The translations under genes and the position numbers were made by a program. A stretch of DNA of 64,000 bases from Alphaproteobacteria bacterium (GTDB lineage: Bacteria > Pseudomonadota > Alphaproteobacteria > Bin95): NCBI GenBank assembly GCA_964291285.2, contig OZ219787.1, forward strand, positions 1,920,001 to 1,984,000. The letters run 5' to 3'. How positions within the stretch are numbered: position 1 is the stretch's first letter; each line of letters opens with the position of its first letter. A model generated the notes under the pieces. That model ran no database searches. It saw only the letters and a list, made by a program, of their open reading frames with translations, and had not been told where the DNA came from. Shown here in pieces: positions 10,169 to 22,135 of the stretch.

Positions 10169-10243
10169 GCCGCCGTAGCTCAGGGGTAGAGCACACCCTT
10201 GGTAAGGGTGGGGTCGAGTGTTCAAATCACTCCGGCGGCACCA
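10169..10243 (+). tRNA. tRNA-Thr(GGT)
   Basis: GCCGCCGTAGCTCAG...CCCTT-GGT-AAGGG...GTTCAAATC...GGCGGCACCA cloverleaf with encoded CCA. Confidence 0.96.
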
Positions 10244-10967
10244 TTCCCCGGCGCATGGCGAGCATGGTTTCGCGGGCGGCGGACAGCGCGTCCGCGACCG
10301 GGAGGTCGAGGGAACGCTGGAACACCCGCTTGGTCGCGCGCACCGCTTCCCGGTCGAAAGCCGCCAGGGCCTCCGCCATCGAGAGCGCCTCATCAAGAAC
10401 CTTTTCGTCCGGGACGATCCGGTTGATCATCCCGAGTTCCAGCGCCCGGTTCGCGGAGACGTCCTCGGCGAGCGTCAACAGTTCAAACGCCGCCTTCGGC
10501 CCGATACGGTGCGCGAGGCCGGGCGTGACCATGGTGGCGGCCAGCCCGCGCCGGACCTCCGGATAGCCGAACACGGCGCTTGCGCCCGCTACCGCGAGGT
10601 CGCAGGCGATGGCGAGATTGCAGCCGCCGCCTAGCGCATAGCCGCGCACCGCCGCGATCAACGGCTTGTCCGTCAGCCGGCCCAACTCGTAGATCGCCGC
10701 CCCGGCCTCCGCCCGGTCCCGGGCGGCGCGCGGGCCTTCGCCGGCATGGTCCGCGGCTTCCTTCATGTCGGCGCCGGCGGAAAAGGCGCGCTCATTGCCC
10801 TGCAGGACGATGCACGCCACCGCTTCGTCGCCATGCGCGCGCCTGACCGCGTCGCAGATCGCATCGACCAGCGCGCCATTGAGCGCGTTCAGCCGGCGCG
10901 GCCTGTTGAGGGTCAGGATGCGCGTGCTGCCGCGGTCTTCCAGGAGCAGGATATCGGCGTCGGCCAT
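10227..10967 (-). CDS. Enoyl-CoA hydratase/isomerase family protein
   Basis: LNRPRRLNAL, AFSAGAD, GYALGGG and FGYPE motifs. Confidence 0.92.
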   Translation of the reverse strand: MADADILLLEDRGSTRILTLNRPRRLNALNGALVDAICDAVRRAHGDEAVACIVLQGNERAFSAGADMKEAADHAGEGPRAARDRAEAGAAIYELGRLTDKPLIAAVRGYALGGGCNLAIACDLAVAGASAVFGYPEVRRGLAATMVTPGLAHRIGPKAAFELLTLAEDVSANRALELGMINRIVPDEKVLDEALSMAEALAAFDREAVRATKRVFQRSLDLPVADALSAARETMLAMRRGMVPPE

Positions 10968-11035
10968 GCGGGAGGCGTCCTTGAACGGGCAGGGCAGTGT
11001 ATGCTTGGTCGAGAGGAACGGAAGTGGGGAAGACA

Positions 11036-11662
11036 GTGAGCGAACTCGACCAATGGCTGGAGCGGGTATACAGCGCCGGGTCCACGGCGGAAAACCAGCG
11101 CATTTACGACGACTGGGCGGAGAGCTACGACGCCGATGTCTCGTCGGGCGGCTACGCCTACGCGCCCGTGGCGGCAGGCCTGTTCGGACGCCATGTGGCG
11201 CCGGGCGAAACGCCGGTGCTGGATGCCGGCTGCGGCAGCGGCATCATCGGGGCGGCGCTCGCGTGCCTTGGATACACGAATCTCACAGGCATAGACCTTT
11301 CCGACGGCATGCTGCGGGCTGCGGGGCGCAAGGGCGTCTATCGGGACCTGCGCCAGCGGGTCCTGGGCGAGACGCTCGATTTCGACGACGGCGCATTTAA
11401 GGCGGTCGTCTGCACCGGCGTCTTCACTCCCGGCCATGCGCCGCCGGAATCGCTCGACGAACTCGTTCGCGTGACGGCCAAGGGCGGCGTGTTCATCTTC
11501 TGCTGCACGGAAGCCGCGCTCTCGGAGGGCGGTTTCCAGGCGAAGATCGACGCCCTGACCGGGGCCGGCCTCTGGACCCTGACCGACACGGCGGGACCTG
11601 TCACGGCCCTGCCGCAGGCGGCCATCCAGCACGCAGCGACATTCTTCGTCTATCGGCGCTGA
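11036..11662 (+). CDS. Class I SAM-dependent methyltransferase
   Basis: YDDWAESYDAD, VLDAGCGSG and GIDLSDGML; GTG start inferred. Confidence 0.88.
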   Translation: MSELDQWLERVYSAGSTAENQRIYDDWAESYDADVSSGGYAYAPVAAGLFGRHVAPGETPVLDAGCGSGIIGAALACLGYTNLTGIDLSDGMLRAAGRKGVYRDLRQRVLGETLDFDDGAFKAVVCTGVFTPGHAPPESLDELVRVTAKGGVFIFCCTEAALSEGGFQAKIDALTGAGLWTLTDTAGPVTALPQAAIQHAATFFVYRR

Positions 11663-11796
11663 AACGGCGCCTCGCTGTCGTCGGGCGGGAGGTCCTTCAT
11701 CGGCCTCGCCGCCTTGATGCGCCGCCAGGTCAGCCAGAGCTTGAGGCCGGCGACCAGCGCCAGCGCGCCGAAAACGACCAGCGCCTCGATGATCAT
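11650..11796 (-). CDS. Small membrane protein (48 aa, not in ORF track)
   Basis: ATGA overlap with the ccr stop; MIIEALVVFGALALVAGLKLWLTWRRIK... has one TM helix followed by basic residues; GC-rich third positions. Confidence 0.6.
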   Translation of the reverse strand: MIIEALVVFGALALVAGLKLWLTWRRIKAARPMKDLPPDDSEAPFQRR

Positions 11797-13028
11797 GAAG
11801 CGCCCTGGCCGCGTTCGGTGGCGTTGACCAGCACCGCCATCTGCCCGGCGGCGTGGCGGTTTTCGTGCATCAGCTGGTGGGCGTGGCCGAGGTCGTCGAA
11901 ATCGAACACCTCCGAGAGGCAGGGGTCGATCTTGCCGTCGATGACCAATTGGTTGACCGCCGCGGCCTGCTCGTCATTGGAGAGGTGGCTGCCCTGGAAC
12001 CGCTTCTGCCGCATCCAGTGGTAGCGCAGGTCGAGGGTCACATTGTAGCCGGTGGTGCCGGCGCAGATGACGATCATGCCGCCGGTGTCGCAGACGAACT
12101 CCGAAGTCGGCAGGGTGGCCTCGCCCGGATGCTCGAACACGATCTTCGGGCTCGCGCGCTCGCCGAGCGCCTCCCAGATCGCGCCGCCGAAGGCGCGGGC
12201 GCCCTTCGCCCAGGCGCCGTAGGCGGCGCCGTCGGTCGTGTCCGGCATCGGCCCCCAATGGTCGAAGGCGGTGCGGTTGATGACGCCTACTGCGCCCATC
12301 TCCATGCACCAGTCGCGCTTGGCGTCGTCGGAGATGACGGCGACCGGCCGGCCGCCGAGCGCAGCGGTGATCTGCAGCGCCATCGCGCCGAGGCCGCCGG
12401 ACGCACCCCAGACAAGCACTGCATCGCCCGGCTCGACCGTGTGCGGCGGCCAGCCCATCAGCATCCGGTAGGCGGTCGAGGCGCAGAGCAGGTAGCAGCC
12501 CGACTGCTCCCAACTCAGGTGTTTCGGGCGCGGCTGGCACTGGTGCGCCTGCGCCTTCGCGAACTGGCAATAGGAGCCGTAATTGGTCTGGTAGCCCCAG
12601 ATCCGGGTCGAGGTCGCCAGCATGGGGTCCTTGCCCGACAGCACCCACGGGTCGTCCGGCTCCCACCAGCCGGAGTGGATCACCACCTCGTCGCCGGGCC
12701 TGACATTCATGACCTCCGAGCCGACCGCCTGGACGATGCCGGAGCAGTCGCTGCCGCCGGCATGGAAGTCCTCCGGCTCGCCCTTGCGCATCCGCTCCTG
12801 GATCACGTCGATCGGATATCCCAGCGCCGCCCAGACATTGTTGTAGTTGATGCCCGTCGCCATGACATAGACGAGCACCTCGTCCGGCTTGAGATCCGGA
12901 ACCGGGATGACCTCATGCTGCCAGGCGTCTTTCGGCTCCCCGAACCGGTCCTGGCGCACAAGGAAGGCGTGCATCGTCTCGGGCACCTCGCCGAGCGGCG
13001 GCTGTTCGCCCAAAGCGCAGAGTTCCAT
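11793..13028 (-). CDS. ccr: Crotonyl-CoA carboxylase/reductase
   Basis: GINYNNVWAALG, GSDCSG, IWGY.TNYGSY.QF, IVFEHPGE, DLRYHWMRQKRFQGSH; AAGGAG RBS. Confidence 0.95.
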   Translation of the reverse strand: MELCALGEQPPLGEVPETMHAFLVRQDRFGEPKDAWQHEVIPVPDLKPDEVLVYVMATGINYNNVWAALGYPIDVIQERMRKGEPEDFHAGGSDCSGIVQAVGSEVMNVRPGDEVVIHSGWWEPDDPWVLSGKDPMLATSTRIWGYQTNYGSYCQFAKAQAHQCQPRPKHLSWEQSGCYLLCASTAYRMLMGWPPHTVEPGDAVLVWGASGGLGAMALQITAALGGRPVAVISDDAKRDWCMEMGAVGVINRTAFDHWGPMPDTTDGAAYGAWAKGARAFGGAIWEALGERASPKIVFEHPGEATLPTSEFVCDTGGMIVICAGTTGYNVTLDLRYHWMRQKRFQGSHLSNDEQAAAVNQLVIDGKIDPCLSEVFDFDDLGHAHQLMHENRHAAGQMAVLVNATERGQGAS

Positions 13029-13127
13029 CGGGCCGGCTCCTTCTTCGTTTCGCATCGGCAGGGATACGCTCTAGGCGGTTGCCGTCCGGAATTCAATTCC
13101 CGGTGCCCGCCTCGCCAGCGCTGCACG

Positions 13128-13171
13128 TGTCATGAAATGTCATGTTCCGTCATGCGATGTCATGATCTGCA
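13128..13171 (-). repeat. Four 10-bp-phased (T/C)GTCATG heptamers followed by ATCTGCA
   Basis: Copies at 13128, 13138, 13148 and 13158; the reverse complement TGCAGATCATGACATC matches 141-156. Confidence 0.85.
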
Positions 13172-13275
13172 TTCGCATGATGCATAGGCACTGGTCCTTT
13201 CCGGCATGGAGGCGTCGTTTCGGGCGGGGGCTCCGGGTATGCCGTCCGGTTTTCCCTGCCTTGTATCTCCGGCAT
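13150..13275 (-). CDS. Putative small peptide (41 aa, MPEIQG...ADHDIA)
   Basis: Strong AAGGAG RBS 6 nt upstream; stop lies inside the heptamer array; no recognised family. Confidence 0.35.
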   Translation of the reverse strand: MPEIQGRENRTAYPEPPPETTPPCRKGPVPMHHANADHDIA

Positions 13276-13303
13276 AGGTCTCTCCTTTCGATCTGTCTTC
13301 GTT

Positions 13304-13545
13304 CCCTTCTCCGCGCCGCCGCGCCGAACGTGGCGGGACCCTTTTTCGCGCGTAACGCGCGCCGGCGCCCGCGCGCCCGCCCCCGCGCGTTTCGCGCCGG
13401 CGCGGTTTGCGCGCCTGATTGCGCCTGTGCCCGCGCGCGCGAGCCAGACGCAGGGCGCACTTCGCCCGTTGGCCGAATCAGGGGCTTTTTTGCGCCGGCG
13501 CCGACGCGGAGAAGGGGTGCGGCCCCGCCGATGCCGCTTCCCTTC
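13304..13545 (-). ncRNA. Candidate structured RNA / leader
   Basis: 12-bp closing inverted repeat 13304-13315/13505-13516 with nested stems, directly downstream of a consensus-like promoter. Confidence 0.4.
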
Positions 13546-13553
13546 CCCGCCCC

Positions 13554-13605
13554 ATATAGCAACTGGTGTAGAAAACTTCAAGCTCAATTTAGGACTAATA
13601 TCTTT
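13554..13605 (-). promoter_or_regulatory. Sigma70-type promoter CTTGAA-N17-CTATAT with AT-rich upstream motif
   Basis: Matches the alphaproteobacterial RpoD consensus CTTGAC-N17-CTATAT. Confidence 0.6.
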
Positions 13606-13770
13606 TTTCTTGAACAAACAGATTTCCCGAACTGCCCTGCTCTTGCCCGTCATTCCGTTTGCGGCGAGGGACGGGGTGGGGTTTTCCTCATCCCGGCAGG
13701 TGCGCCCCGGCTTCCTCCCTCGCCGCCGAGGTGCTATCCATCCGGCCCCAGCGGAAGTGGAGGGACCGTC

Positions 13771-15681
13771 ATGGCCGGAGCATATGAGACCGCGTTCCGC
13801 CGCTCGCTAGACGAGCGGGAAGCGTTCTGGGCGGAAGCCGCCGCCGACCTGCACTGGTACAAGGCGCCGACGCAAGTCCTGGAAACGGAGTCCACGCCCG
13901 CCGGGCGCTGGTTCGTGGACGGCGTGACCAACACCTGCTTCAACGCCCTCGACCGGCATGTCGAGGCCGGGCGGGGCGAACAGGCCGCGATGATCTACGA
14001 CAGCCCGGTGACCGACACGGTCCGCTCCTTCACCTACCGCGAATTACGGGACGCCGTGGCGGTCTTCGCCGGCGCGCTCAAGAGCCGCGGCATCGGCAAG
14101 GGCGACCGGGTCGTCATCTACATGCCCATGATCCCGGAGACGGCAGTCGCCATGCTCGCCTGCGCCCGGCTCGGCGCAGTGCATTCCGTGGTCTTTGGCG
14201 GGTTCGCCTCCAACGAGCTCGCGGTCCGCATCGACGACAGCGCCTGCAAGGCGGTGGTTGCGGCCTCCTGCGGCATCGAGCCGGGACGGGTCGTGGAATA
14301 CAAGCCGCTGCTCGACGGCGCCATCGAGCTGGCGGAGCACAAGCCCGAATTCTGCGTCGTCTTCCAGCGGCCCGAATGCGAGGCGTCGATGGTCGAGGGG
14401 CGCGATGTCGACTGGGAAGAGGCCGTCGCCGACGCCGAGCCGGCGGATTGCGTCCCGGTCAGCGCGCTGGACCCGCTCTACATCCTCTACACTTCCGGCA
14501 CGACCGGCCAGCCCAAGGGCGTGGTGCGCGACAATGGCGGCCACATGGTGGTGCTGAACTGGACGATGAAGAACGTCTACGGCGTGGAGCCGGGCGAGGT
14601 GTTCTGGGCCGCCTCCGATGTCGGCTGGGTCGTCGGCCATTCCTACATCGTCTATGCGCCGCTGCTTGCCGGCAACACGGCCATCCTGTTCGAGGGCAAG
14701 CCGGTCGGCACGCCGGACGCAGGCGTCTATTGGCGTATCATCGAGCAGCACAAGGTCGCCGCGCTGTTCACCGCGCCCACGGCCTTCCGGGCCATCCGCC
14801 GGGACGATCCCGAAGCGAAATTGCTTGAAGGACGCGACCTCTCGCATTTCCGAACCCTGTTCCTCGCGGGCGAGCGCAGCGACCCGGACACGCTGAAATG
14901 GGCGGAGGACGTTCTGGACCGTCCGGTGATCGACCACTGGTGGCAGACCGAGACGGGCTGGCCCATGTGCGCCAATTGTGTCGGCATCGAGTTCCTGCCC
15001 GTGAAGCACGGCTCGCCCACGCGCCCCGTGCCGGGGTGGGACCTTCGGGTAGTGGACGACAGCAACGAGGAAGTGCCGGCCGGGACCATCGGGGCGCTGG
15101 TGGTGAGAACGCCCATGCCTCCGGGCTCGTTCCCGACGCTCTGGAATGCGCATGAGCGCTATCTGGACACCTACTTCACCGAGTTCCCGGGCTACTACAA
15201 GACGGCCGATGCCGGCTATATCGACGAGGAGGGCTACGCCTACATCATGGCCCGGACCGACGACATCATTAACGTCGCCGGCCACCGGCTCTCGACCGGC
15301 GCCATGGAGGAGGTGCTGGCCGCGCACAACGATGTGGCGGAATGCGCCGTGATCGGCGTCGCGGACCAGTTGAAGGGCCAGATTCCCGTGGGCTTCCTAG
15401 TGCTCAAGGCAGGCGTGAACCGGCCGTTCAGCGAGATCGAGTCGGAGGTCGTCGCCCTCGTGCGCCGGCGGATCGGCCCCGTCGCGGCGTTCAAGACGGC
15501 GGTCGTGGTCGAGCGGCTGCCGAAGACGCGCTCCGGCAAGATCCTGCGCGGCACGATGCAGAAGGTCGCCGACCGGGAGACTTGGAGAATGCCCGCGACC
15601 ATCGACGACCCGGAGATCATGGCGGAGATCGAGGCTGCACTGAAACAGGTCGGCTATGCCGGCGGCGCGGCGTCGCCATAG
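13771..15681 (+). CDS. prpE: Propionyl-CoA synthetase (acetate/propionate-CoA ligase)
   Basis: YILYTSGTTGQPKG, DVGWVVGHSY, DHWWQTETGW and LPKTRSGKILR; GGAGG RBS before ATG 13771. Confidence 0.9.
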   Translation: MAGAYETAFRRSLDEREAFWAEAAADLHWYKAPTQVLETESTPAGRWFVDGVTNTCFNALDRHVEAGRGEQAAMIYDSPVTDTVRSFTYRELRDAVAVFAGALKSRGIGKGDRVVIYMPMIPETAVAMLACARLGAVHSVVFGGFASNELAVRIDDSACKAVVAASCGIEPGRVVEYKPLLDGAIELAEHKPEFCVVFQRPECEASMVEGRDVDWEEAVADAEPADCVPVSALDPLYILYTSGTTGQPKGVVRDNGGHMVVLNWTMKNVYGVEPGEVFWAASDVGWVVGHSYIVYAPLLAGNTAILFEGKPVGTPDAGVYWRIIEQHKVAALFTAPTAFRAIRRDDPEAKLLEGRDLSHFRTLFLAGERSDPDTLKWAEDVLDRPVIDHWWQTETGWPMCANCVGIEFLPVKHGSPTRPVPGWDLRVVDDSNEEVPAGTIGALVVRTPMPPGSFPTLWNAHERYLDTYFTEFPGYYKTADAGYIDEEGYAYIMARTDDIINVAGHRLSTGAMEEVLAAHNDVAECAVIGVADQLKGQIPVGFLVLKAGVNRPFSEIESEVVALVRRRIGPVAAFKTAVVVERLPKTRSGKILRGTMQKVADRETWRMPATIDDPEIMAEIEAALKQVGYAGGAASP

Positions 15682-15714
15682 CCTCCCGCTGACCTTCGCT
15701 GCAGGGGGTCGCGT

Positions 15715-15742
15715 TTGAAAACGAAACGGTTTCGCCTACCCT
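15715..15742 (+). promoter_or_regulatory. Putative promoter TTGAAA-N16-TACCCT with palindromic operator CGAAAC-G-GTTTCG
   Basis: Perfect inverted repeat 15722-15734 lies between the -35- and -10-like boxes upstream of gcdH. Confidence 0.45.
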
Positions 15743-15745
15743 ATC

Positions 15746-15850
15746 CGTCGCCCCGGACCCCGATCCGGGGCCCATCCCCAGCCGTCCCGGTCCGGCGGAG
15801 AGGGTGGGAGATGGACCCCGGCTCTCCGCTTCGCTCCGGCCGGGGTGACG
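15746..15850. repeat. REP-like palindromic doublet
   Basis: CGTCGCCCCGG..CCGGGGCCCATC and inverted GATGGACCCCGG..CCGGGGTGACG units, each a hairpin. Confidence 0.75.
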
Positions 15851-15919
15851 AATAGGGGCCGGCGCAGCCTTCGAAAGCGATTGGCCTGACCACCCAACCC
15901 GTTACCGGAAGAGCATACG

Positions 15920-17113
15920 ATGCCCGATTCCATGAAACAGAAACGCGCCTCCTTCGTGTGGGAGGACCCGTTCCTGCTCGGAGACCAGCTGGACGAGGAC
16001 GAGCGGCTGGTGAGCGAGACGGCGCGGCGCTTCGTCGCCGACACCCTGGCGCCCGGCGTGCGCGACGCCAACCGCCACGAGACCTTCGACCCCGCCCTGA
16101 TGAAGGCTTACGGAGAGGCCGGGTTCCTCGGCGTCGGCCTCGACGGTTACGGCTGCCCCGGCGGCACTTCCGTCATGTACGGGCTGATCGCGCGCGAGGT
16201 CGAGCGCTGCGACAGTTCCTACCGCTCGGCGATGAGCGTGCAGTCTTCGCTGGTCATGTTCCCGATCCACAGCTACGGCTCGGAAGCGCAAAAGGAGAAA
16301 TATCTCCCGAAGCTGGCGTCCGGGGAGTGGATCGGCGCGTTCGGGCTGACCGAGCCGGACCACGGCTCCGACGCCGGCGGGCTGACGACGCGCGCTCGCA
16401 AGGTCCCCGGCGGCTACCGCCTCACCGGCGCGAAAATGTGGATCACGCAGGCCAATATCGCCGATGTCTTCGTCATCTGGGCGAAGGACGACGAGGATGT
16501 CATCCGCGGCTTCGTGCTGGAGCGCGGCATGGAGGGCCTCGCGACCGCAAAGATCGAAGGCAAGTTCTCGCTGCGCGCCTGGCCCACGGGCGAGATCGCG
16601 ATGGACGATGTGTTCGTGCCGGAAGAGAACCGTTTTCCGAATGCGCGCGGCCTCGGCGGCCCGTTCGGTTGCCTCAACAAGGCGCGCTACGGCATCGCCT
16701 GGGGGTCCATGGGGTCGGCCGAGTTCTGCTGGCACGCGGCGCGGCAATACACGCTCGACCGCCACGCTTTCGGCCGCCCGCTGGCCCAGACGCAGCTCAT
16801 CCAGAAGAAGCTCGCCGACATGCAGACCGAGATCGCGCTCGGGCTCCAGGGCGCGCTGCGCGTCGGACGGCTGATGGACGAGGGCAGGGCGGCGCCGGAG
16901 ATGATCTCGCTGGTCAAGCGCAACAATTGCGGCAAGGCGCTCGACATCGCCCGCGTCGCCCGCGACATGCACGGCGGCAACGGCGTGAGCGACGAGTTCC
17001 ATGTCGTGCGCCACTCGATGAACCTCGAGGCGGTCAACACCTACGAGGGCACGCACGACGTCCACGCCCTGATCCTCGGCCGCGCCCAGACAGGCCTGCA
17101 GGCGTTTTCCTGA
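15920..17113 (+). CDS. gcdH: Glutaryl-CoA dehydrogenase
   Basis: [37 protein letters not shown] and [25 protein letters not shown]. Confidence 0.92.
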   Translation: MPDSMKQKRASFVWEDPFLLGDQLDEDERLVSETARRFVADTLAPGVRDANRHETFDPALMKAYGEAGFLGVGLDGYGCPGGTSVMYGLIAREVERCDSSYRSAMSVQSSLVMFPIHSYGSEAQKEKYLPKLASGEWIGAFGLTEPDHGSDAGGLTTRARKVPGGYRLTGAKMWITQANIADVFVIWAKDDEDVIRGFVLERGMEGLATAKIEGKFSLRAWPTGEIAMDDVFVPEENRFPNARGLGGPFGCLNKARYGIAWGSMGSAEFCWHAARQYTLDRHAFGRPLAQTQLIQKKLADMQTEIALGLQGALRVGRLMDEGRAAPEMISLVKRNNCGKALDIARVARDMHGGNGVSDEFHVVRHSMNLEAVNTYEGTHDVHALILGRAQTGLQAFS

Positions 17114-17153
17114 GGGGCTGTCTCTGTCCGATCCTCTCAACAACTATAGGTAG

Positions 17154-17606
17154 TTACAGGCGCTTTCTCATGTAGATGCGTGGGAACCCCCGCTCCGTGC
17201 GGCGGTCGAATTCCTCGTAGCCGTTGCGCGCATACAGGGCGAAATTCTCCGTCATCAGTTCGTGGGTATAGAGGTCGATGCTCTCGTATCCCAGCCGGCG
17301 CGCCTCGCCCTCCGCATGCAGCATCAGGCGGCGGCCGATCCCCTCGCCCTGGCGCGACGGCAGGACGGCGACATTGTCGAGCAGGATCGTTCCTCCCTTT
17401 TCGATCAGGACGACCGCGCCGGCGATTTCGCCCCTGCCTTCGACCACGAAGACCCGGTGGTCGCGGACGACCTGCCGGTAATCGTCCAGCATCGGTCCCG
17501 GCGGCCCGCCAATGCGCTCGATGTAGCGGGAGTAGGCTGCTTCGACGCATCGGGCGATTGCCGGGGCATCCGCGGCGGCGGCGGGACGGAGTTGAAGCTC
17601 GTCCAC
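17154..17606 (-). CDS. GNAT family N-acetyltransferase
   Basis: [16 protein letters not shown] and N..LY..GY motifs; GTG start inferred. Confidence 0.87.
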   Translation of the reverse strand: MDELQLRPAAAADAPAIARCVEAAYSRYIERIGGPPGPMLDDYRQVVRDHRVFVVEGRGEIAGAVVLIEKGGTILLDNVAVLPSRQGEGIGRRLMLHAEGEARRLGYESIDLYTHELMTENFALYARNGYEEFDRRTERGFPRIYMRKRL

Positions 17607-17616
17607 CGGCGGCCCT

Positions 17617-19746
<2,130 letters not shown>

Positions 19747-19758
19747 CGGCGCCGCGAC

Positions 19759-20757
19759 TCAGAGCCAGCCGGGAGCGGGCAGGCCGGCCTCTTTCAGGAA
19801 GGCCGGGTTCCAGATCTTGGCGGAATAGCGCTGCCCGAGATCGCAGAGCAGGGTGACGACGGTGTGGCCGGGACCGAGCTCCTTTGCCGCGCGGATGGCG
19901 CCGGCGACGTTGATGCCGCTGGAAAGGCCGACGCAGAACCCTTCTTCCTTCAGCAGGTCGAAGACGATGGGCAGCGCCTCGGCGTCCGGGATCAGGTAGG
20001 GGAAATCGACCTCGAGGCCCTCCAGATTGGCCGTCACCCGCCCCTGGCCGATGCCCTCGCTGATCGAGCTGCCCTCGGACTTGAGCTCGCCGTTCGCATA
20101 CCATTCGTAGAGCGCGGCGCCCTCGGGGTCGGCAAGCGCGATCTTGATATCCGGGTTGCGCTCCCTGAGGCCCATGGCGGTGCCGGCGAGCGTGCCGCCG
20201 GTGCCGACGGCGGAGACGAAGGCGTCCACCCTGCCGTCGGTCTGGGACCAGATTTCGGGTGCCGTGGTCTCGATATGGATCTGCCGGTTGGCCACATTGT
20301 CGAACTGGTTGGCCCAGATGGCGCCCTGTTCGTGCGTTGCGGCCAGCTCCTCGGCCAGCCGCCCGGAGACGCGCACATAGTTGTTCGGGTCCCGGTAGGG
20401 CACGGCGGGCACCTCGCGCAGGTCCGCCCCGCAGAGCCGCAGCATCTGCTTCTTCTCTTCCGACTGCGTTTCCGGGATCACGATGACGGTTCGGTAGCCG
20501 CGCGCATTGCCGACCAGGGCGAGCCCGATGCCGGTATTGCCGGCGGTGCCTTCTACGATGACGCCGCCCGGCTCCAACTGCCCTTTGGCCTCGGCATCGC
20601 GGATGATGCCGAGCGCCGCGCGGTCCTTCACCGACCCGCCGGGATTCAGGAACTCCAGCTTGACGAGCACATCGCAGCCCGTCAGTTCGGAGGCTTTCCG
20701 GAGGCGCACCAGCGGCGTGTTCCCGATGGTATCGATGAAGCCGTCGCGAATGTTCAT
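19759..20757 (-). CDS. cysK: Cysteine synthase (PLP-dependent)
   Basis: [27 protein letters not shown] and EGIG motifs. Confidence 0.9.
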   Translation of the reverse strand: MNIRDGFIDTIGNTPLVRLRKASELTGCDVLVKLEFLNPGGSVKDRAALGIIRDAEAKGQLEPGGVIVEGTAGNTGIGLALVGNARGYRTVIVIPETQSEEKKQMLRLCGADLREVPAVPYRDPNNYVRVSGRLAEELAATHEQGAIWANQFDNVANRQIHIETTAPEIWSQTDGRVDAFVSAVGTGGTLAGTAMGLRERNPDIKIALADPEGAALYEWYANGELKSEGSSISEGIGQGRVTANLEGLEVDFPYLIPDAEALPIVFDLLKEEGFCVGLSSGINVAGAIRAAKELGPGHTVVTLLCDLGQRYSAKIWNPAFLKEAGLPAPGWL

Positions 20758-20833
20758 TACTGGCCAACCCTTGCCGCGCGCCAAACGCAAGTCATATAAG
20801 CGGAATAACGGCGGCGAGGAAGGGCGCGCGCGG

Positions 20834-21541
20834 ATGGGCCTGTTGAAGGAAATCGACAGCTATATGGACCGCGACCCGGCGCTGCGCTCGCGCCTGGAAG
20901 TGGTGCTGGCCTATCCGGGATTCCACGCGCTCGTCTTCTATCGCATCGCCAACTGGTTCTGGCGCAAGCGGTTCTATCTCGTCGGCCGGTTCATCAGCCA
21001 TCTGGGACGCGGGTTCAGCGGCATCGAAATCCATCCGGGCGCGACCATCGGCAAGCGGCTCTTTATCGACCACGGCATGGGCGTCGTCGTCGGCGAGACG
21101 GCCGAGATCGGCGACGATGTCACGCTCTACCAGGGCGTCACGCTTGGCACCACCTCGACAGCGAAGGGCAAGCGCCACCCGACACTCGCCGACGGCGTCA
21201 TCGTTGGATCGGGCGCTCAGATCCTTGGGCCCTTCACGGTGGGCGAGGGCGCGCGGATCGGCGCCAATGCTGTGGTTCTCAAGGCCGTGCCCGCCGGTGC
21301 AACCATGACCGGCATTCCCGCGAAGATGGCGCAGCCGCGCAGCCGCAAGCAGCCGGAGAGCTTCGTCGCCTACGGCACACCGGAGGGCGTAACCAACCCC
21401 GACAGCCGTTCGATCCGCACGCTCGCCGAGACGGTGAAGCGGCTGGAGGCGCGGGTGGCCGAACTGGAGCGCGAACCGGGCGGGCGCGGCGACGAGGACC
21501 GCAGCGGGGATCGTCCGCCGCGAATCGGCGCCGCCGGCTAG
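20834..21541 (+). CDS. cysE: Serine O-acetyltransferase
   Basis: [25 protein letters not shown] and KRHPT motifs. Confidence 0.95.
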   Translation: MGLLKEIDSYMDRDPALRSRLEVVLAYPGFHALVFYRIANWFWRKRFYLVGRFISHLGRGFSGIEIHPGATIGKRLFIDHGMGVVVGETAEIGDDVTLYQGVTLGTTSTAKGKRHPTLADGVIVGSGAQILGPFTVGEGARIGANAVVLKAVPAGATMTGIPAKMAQPRSRKQPESFVAYGTPEGVTNPDSRSIRTLAETVKRLEARVAELEREPGGRGDEDRSGDRPPRIGAAG

Positions 21542-21585
21542 CCCCGGCGCCGCACTGCCCGAATCCCGAAAAGGAGAAGACCGCC

Positions 21586-22131
21586 ATGGCGCGCCTGCCC
21601 ATGCCCGAAACCCTGACCGAACGCCAGCAGGAAGTCCTCGACGCCATCGCCGCCGGTCCGCGCGGCGGCGCGCGCGGGCCTTTTGCCGCCCTGCTGCGCA
21701 GCCCGGAGCTTTGCGAGCGCGCCCAATTGCTGGGGGCGTTCTGCCGGTTCGGCACCGACCTGGGCCCGCGCCTTTCCGAGCTCGCAATCCTGGTGACGGC
21801 GCGGGAGTGGACGGCGCAATACGAGTGGTATGCTCATGCGCGGCTCGCCCGCGAAGCCGGTCTGGACGAGGAGATCATCGAGGCGATCAAGGCCCGCCGG
21901 CGGCCGGAAGGCATGGCGGCGGACGAGGCCGCGGTCTACGACCTCGCCACCGAGCTCTATGCGACGAAGCGCGTGAGCGACGCCAGCTATGAGCGCGCCG
22001 TTGCGGAAGTCGGGGAAAAGGGCGTCGTCGAGACCATCGGCGTCATGGGCTATTACTGCCTGGTGTCGATGGCGCTGAACGTCTCCGGCGTCGAACTCCC
22101 GGAGGGCGAGCCGGAGCCGCTCAGCCTGTAG
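21586..22131 (+). CDS. Carboxymuconolactone decarboxylase family protein
   Basis: GPF..LLRSP, ELAIL..AR and YEWYAH motifs; AAGGAG RBS. Confidence 0.85.
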   Translation: MARLPMPETLTERQQEVLDAIAAGPRGGARGPFAALLRSPELCERAQLLGAFCRFGTDLGPRLSELAILVTAREWTAQYEWYAHARLAREAGLDEEIIEAIKARRRPEGMAADEAAVYDLATELYATKRVSDASYERAVAEVGEKGVVETIGVMGYYCLVSMALNVSGVELPEGEPEPLSL

Positions 22132-22135
22132 CCGG

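Noticed and set aside
13132-13770. N-terminal extension of prpE (849-aa ORF)
   Set aside because: Non-coding-like composition; the real start at 13771 has a GGAGG RBS and gives a normal family length
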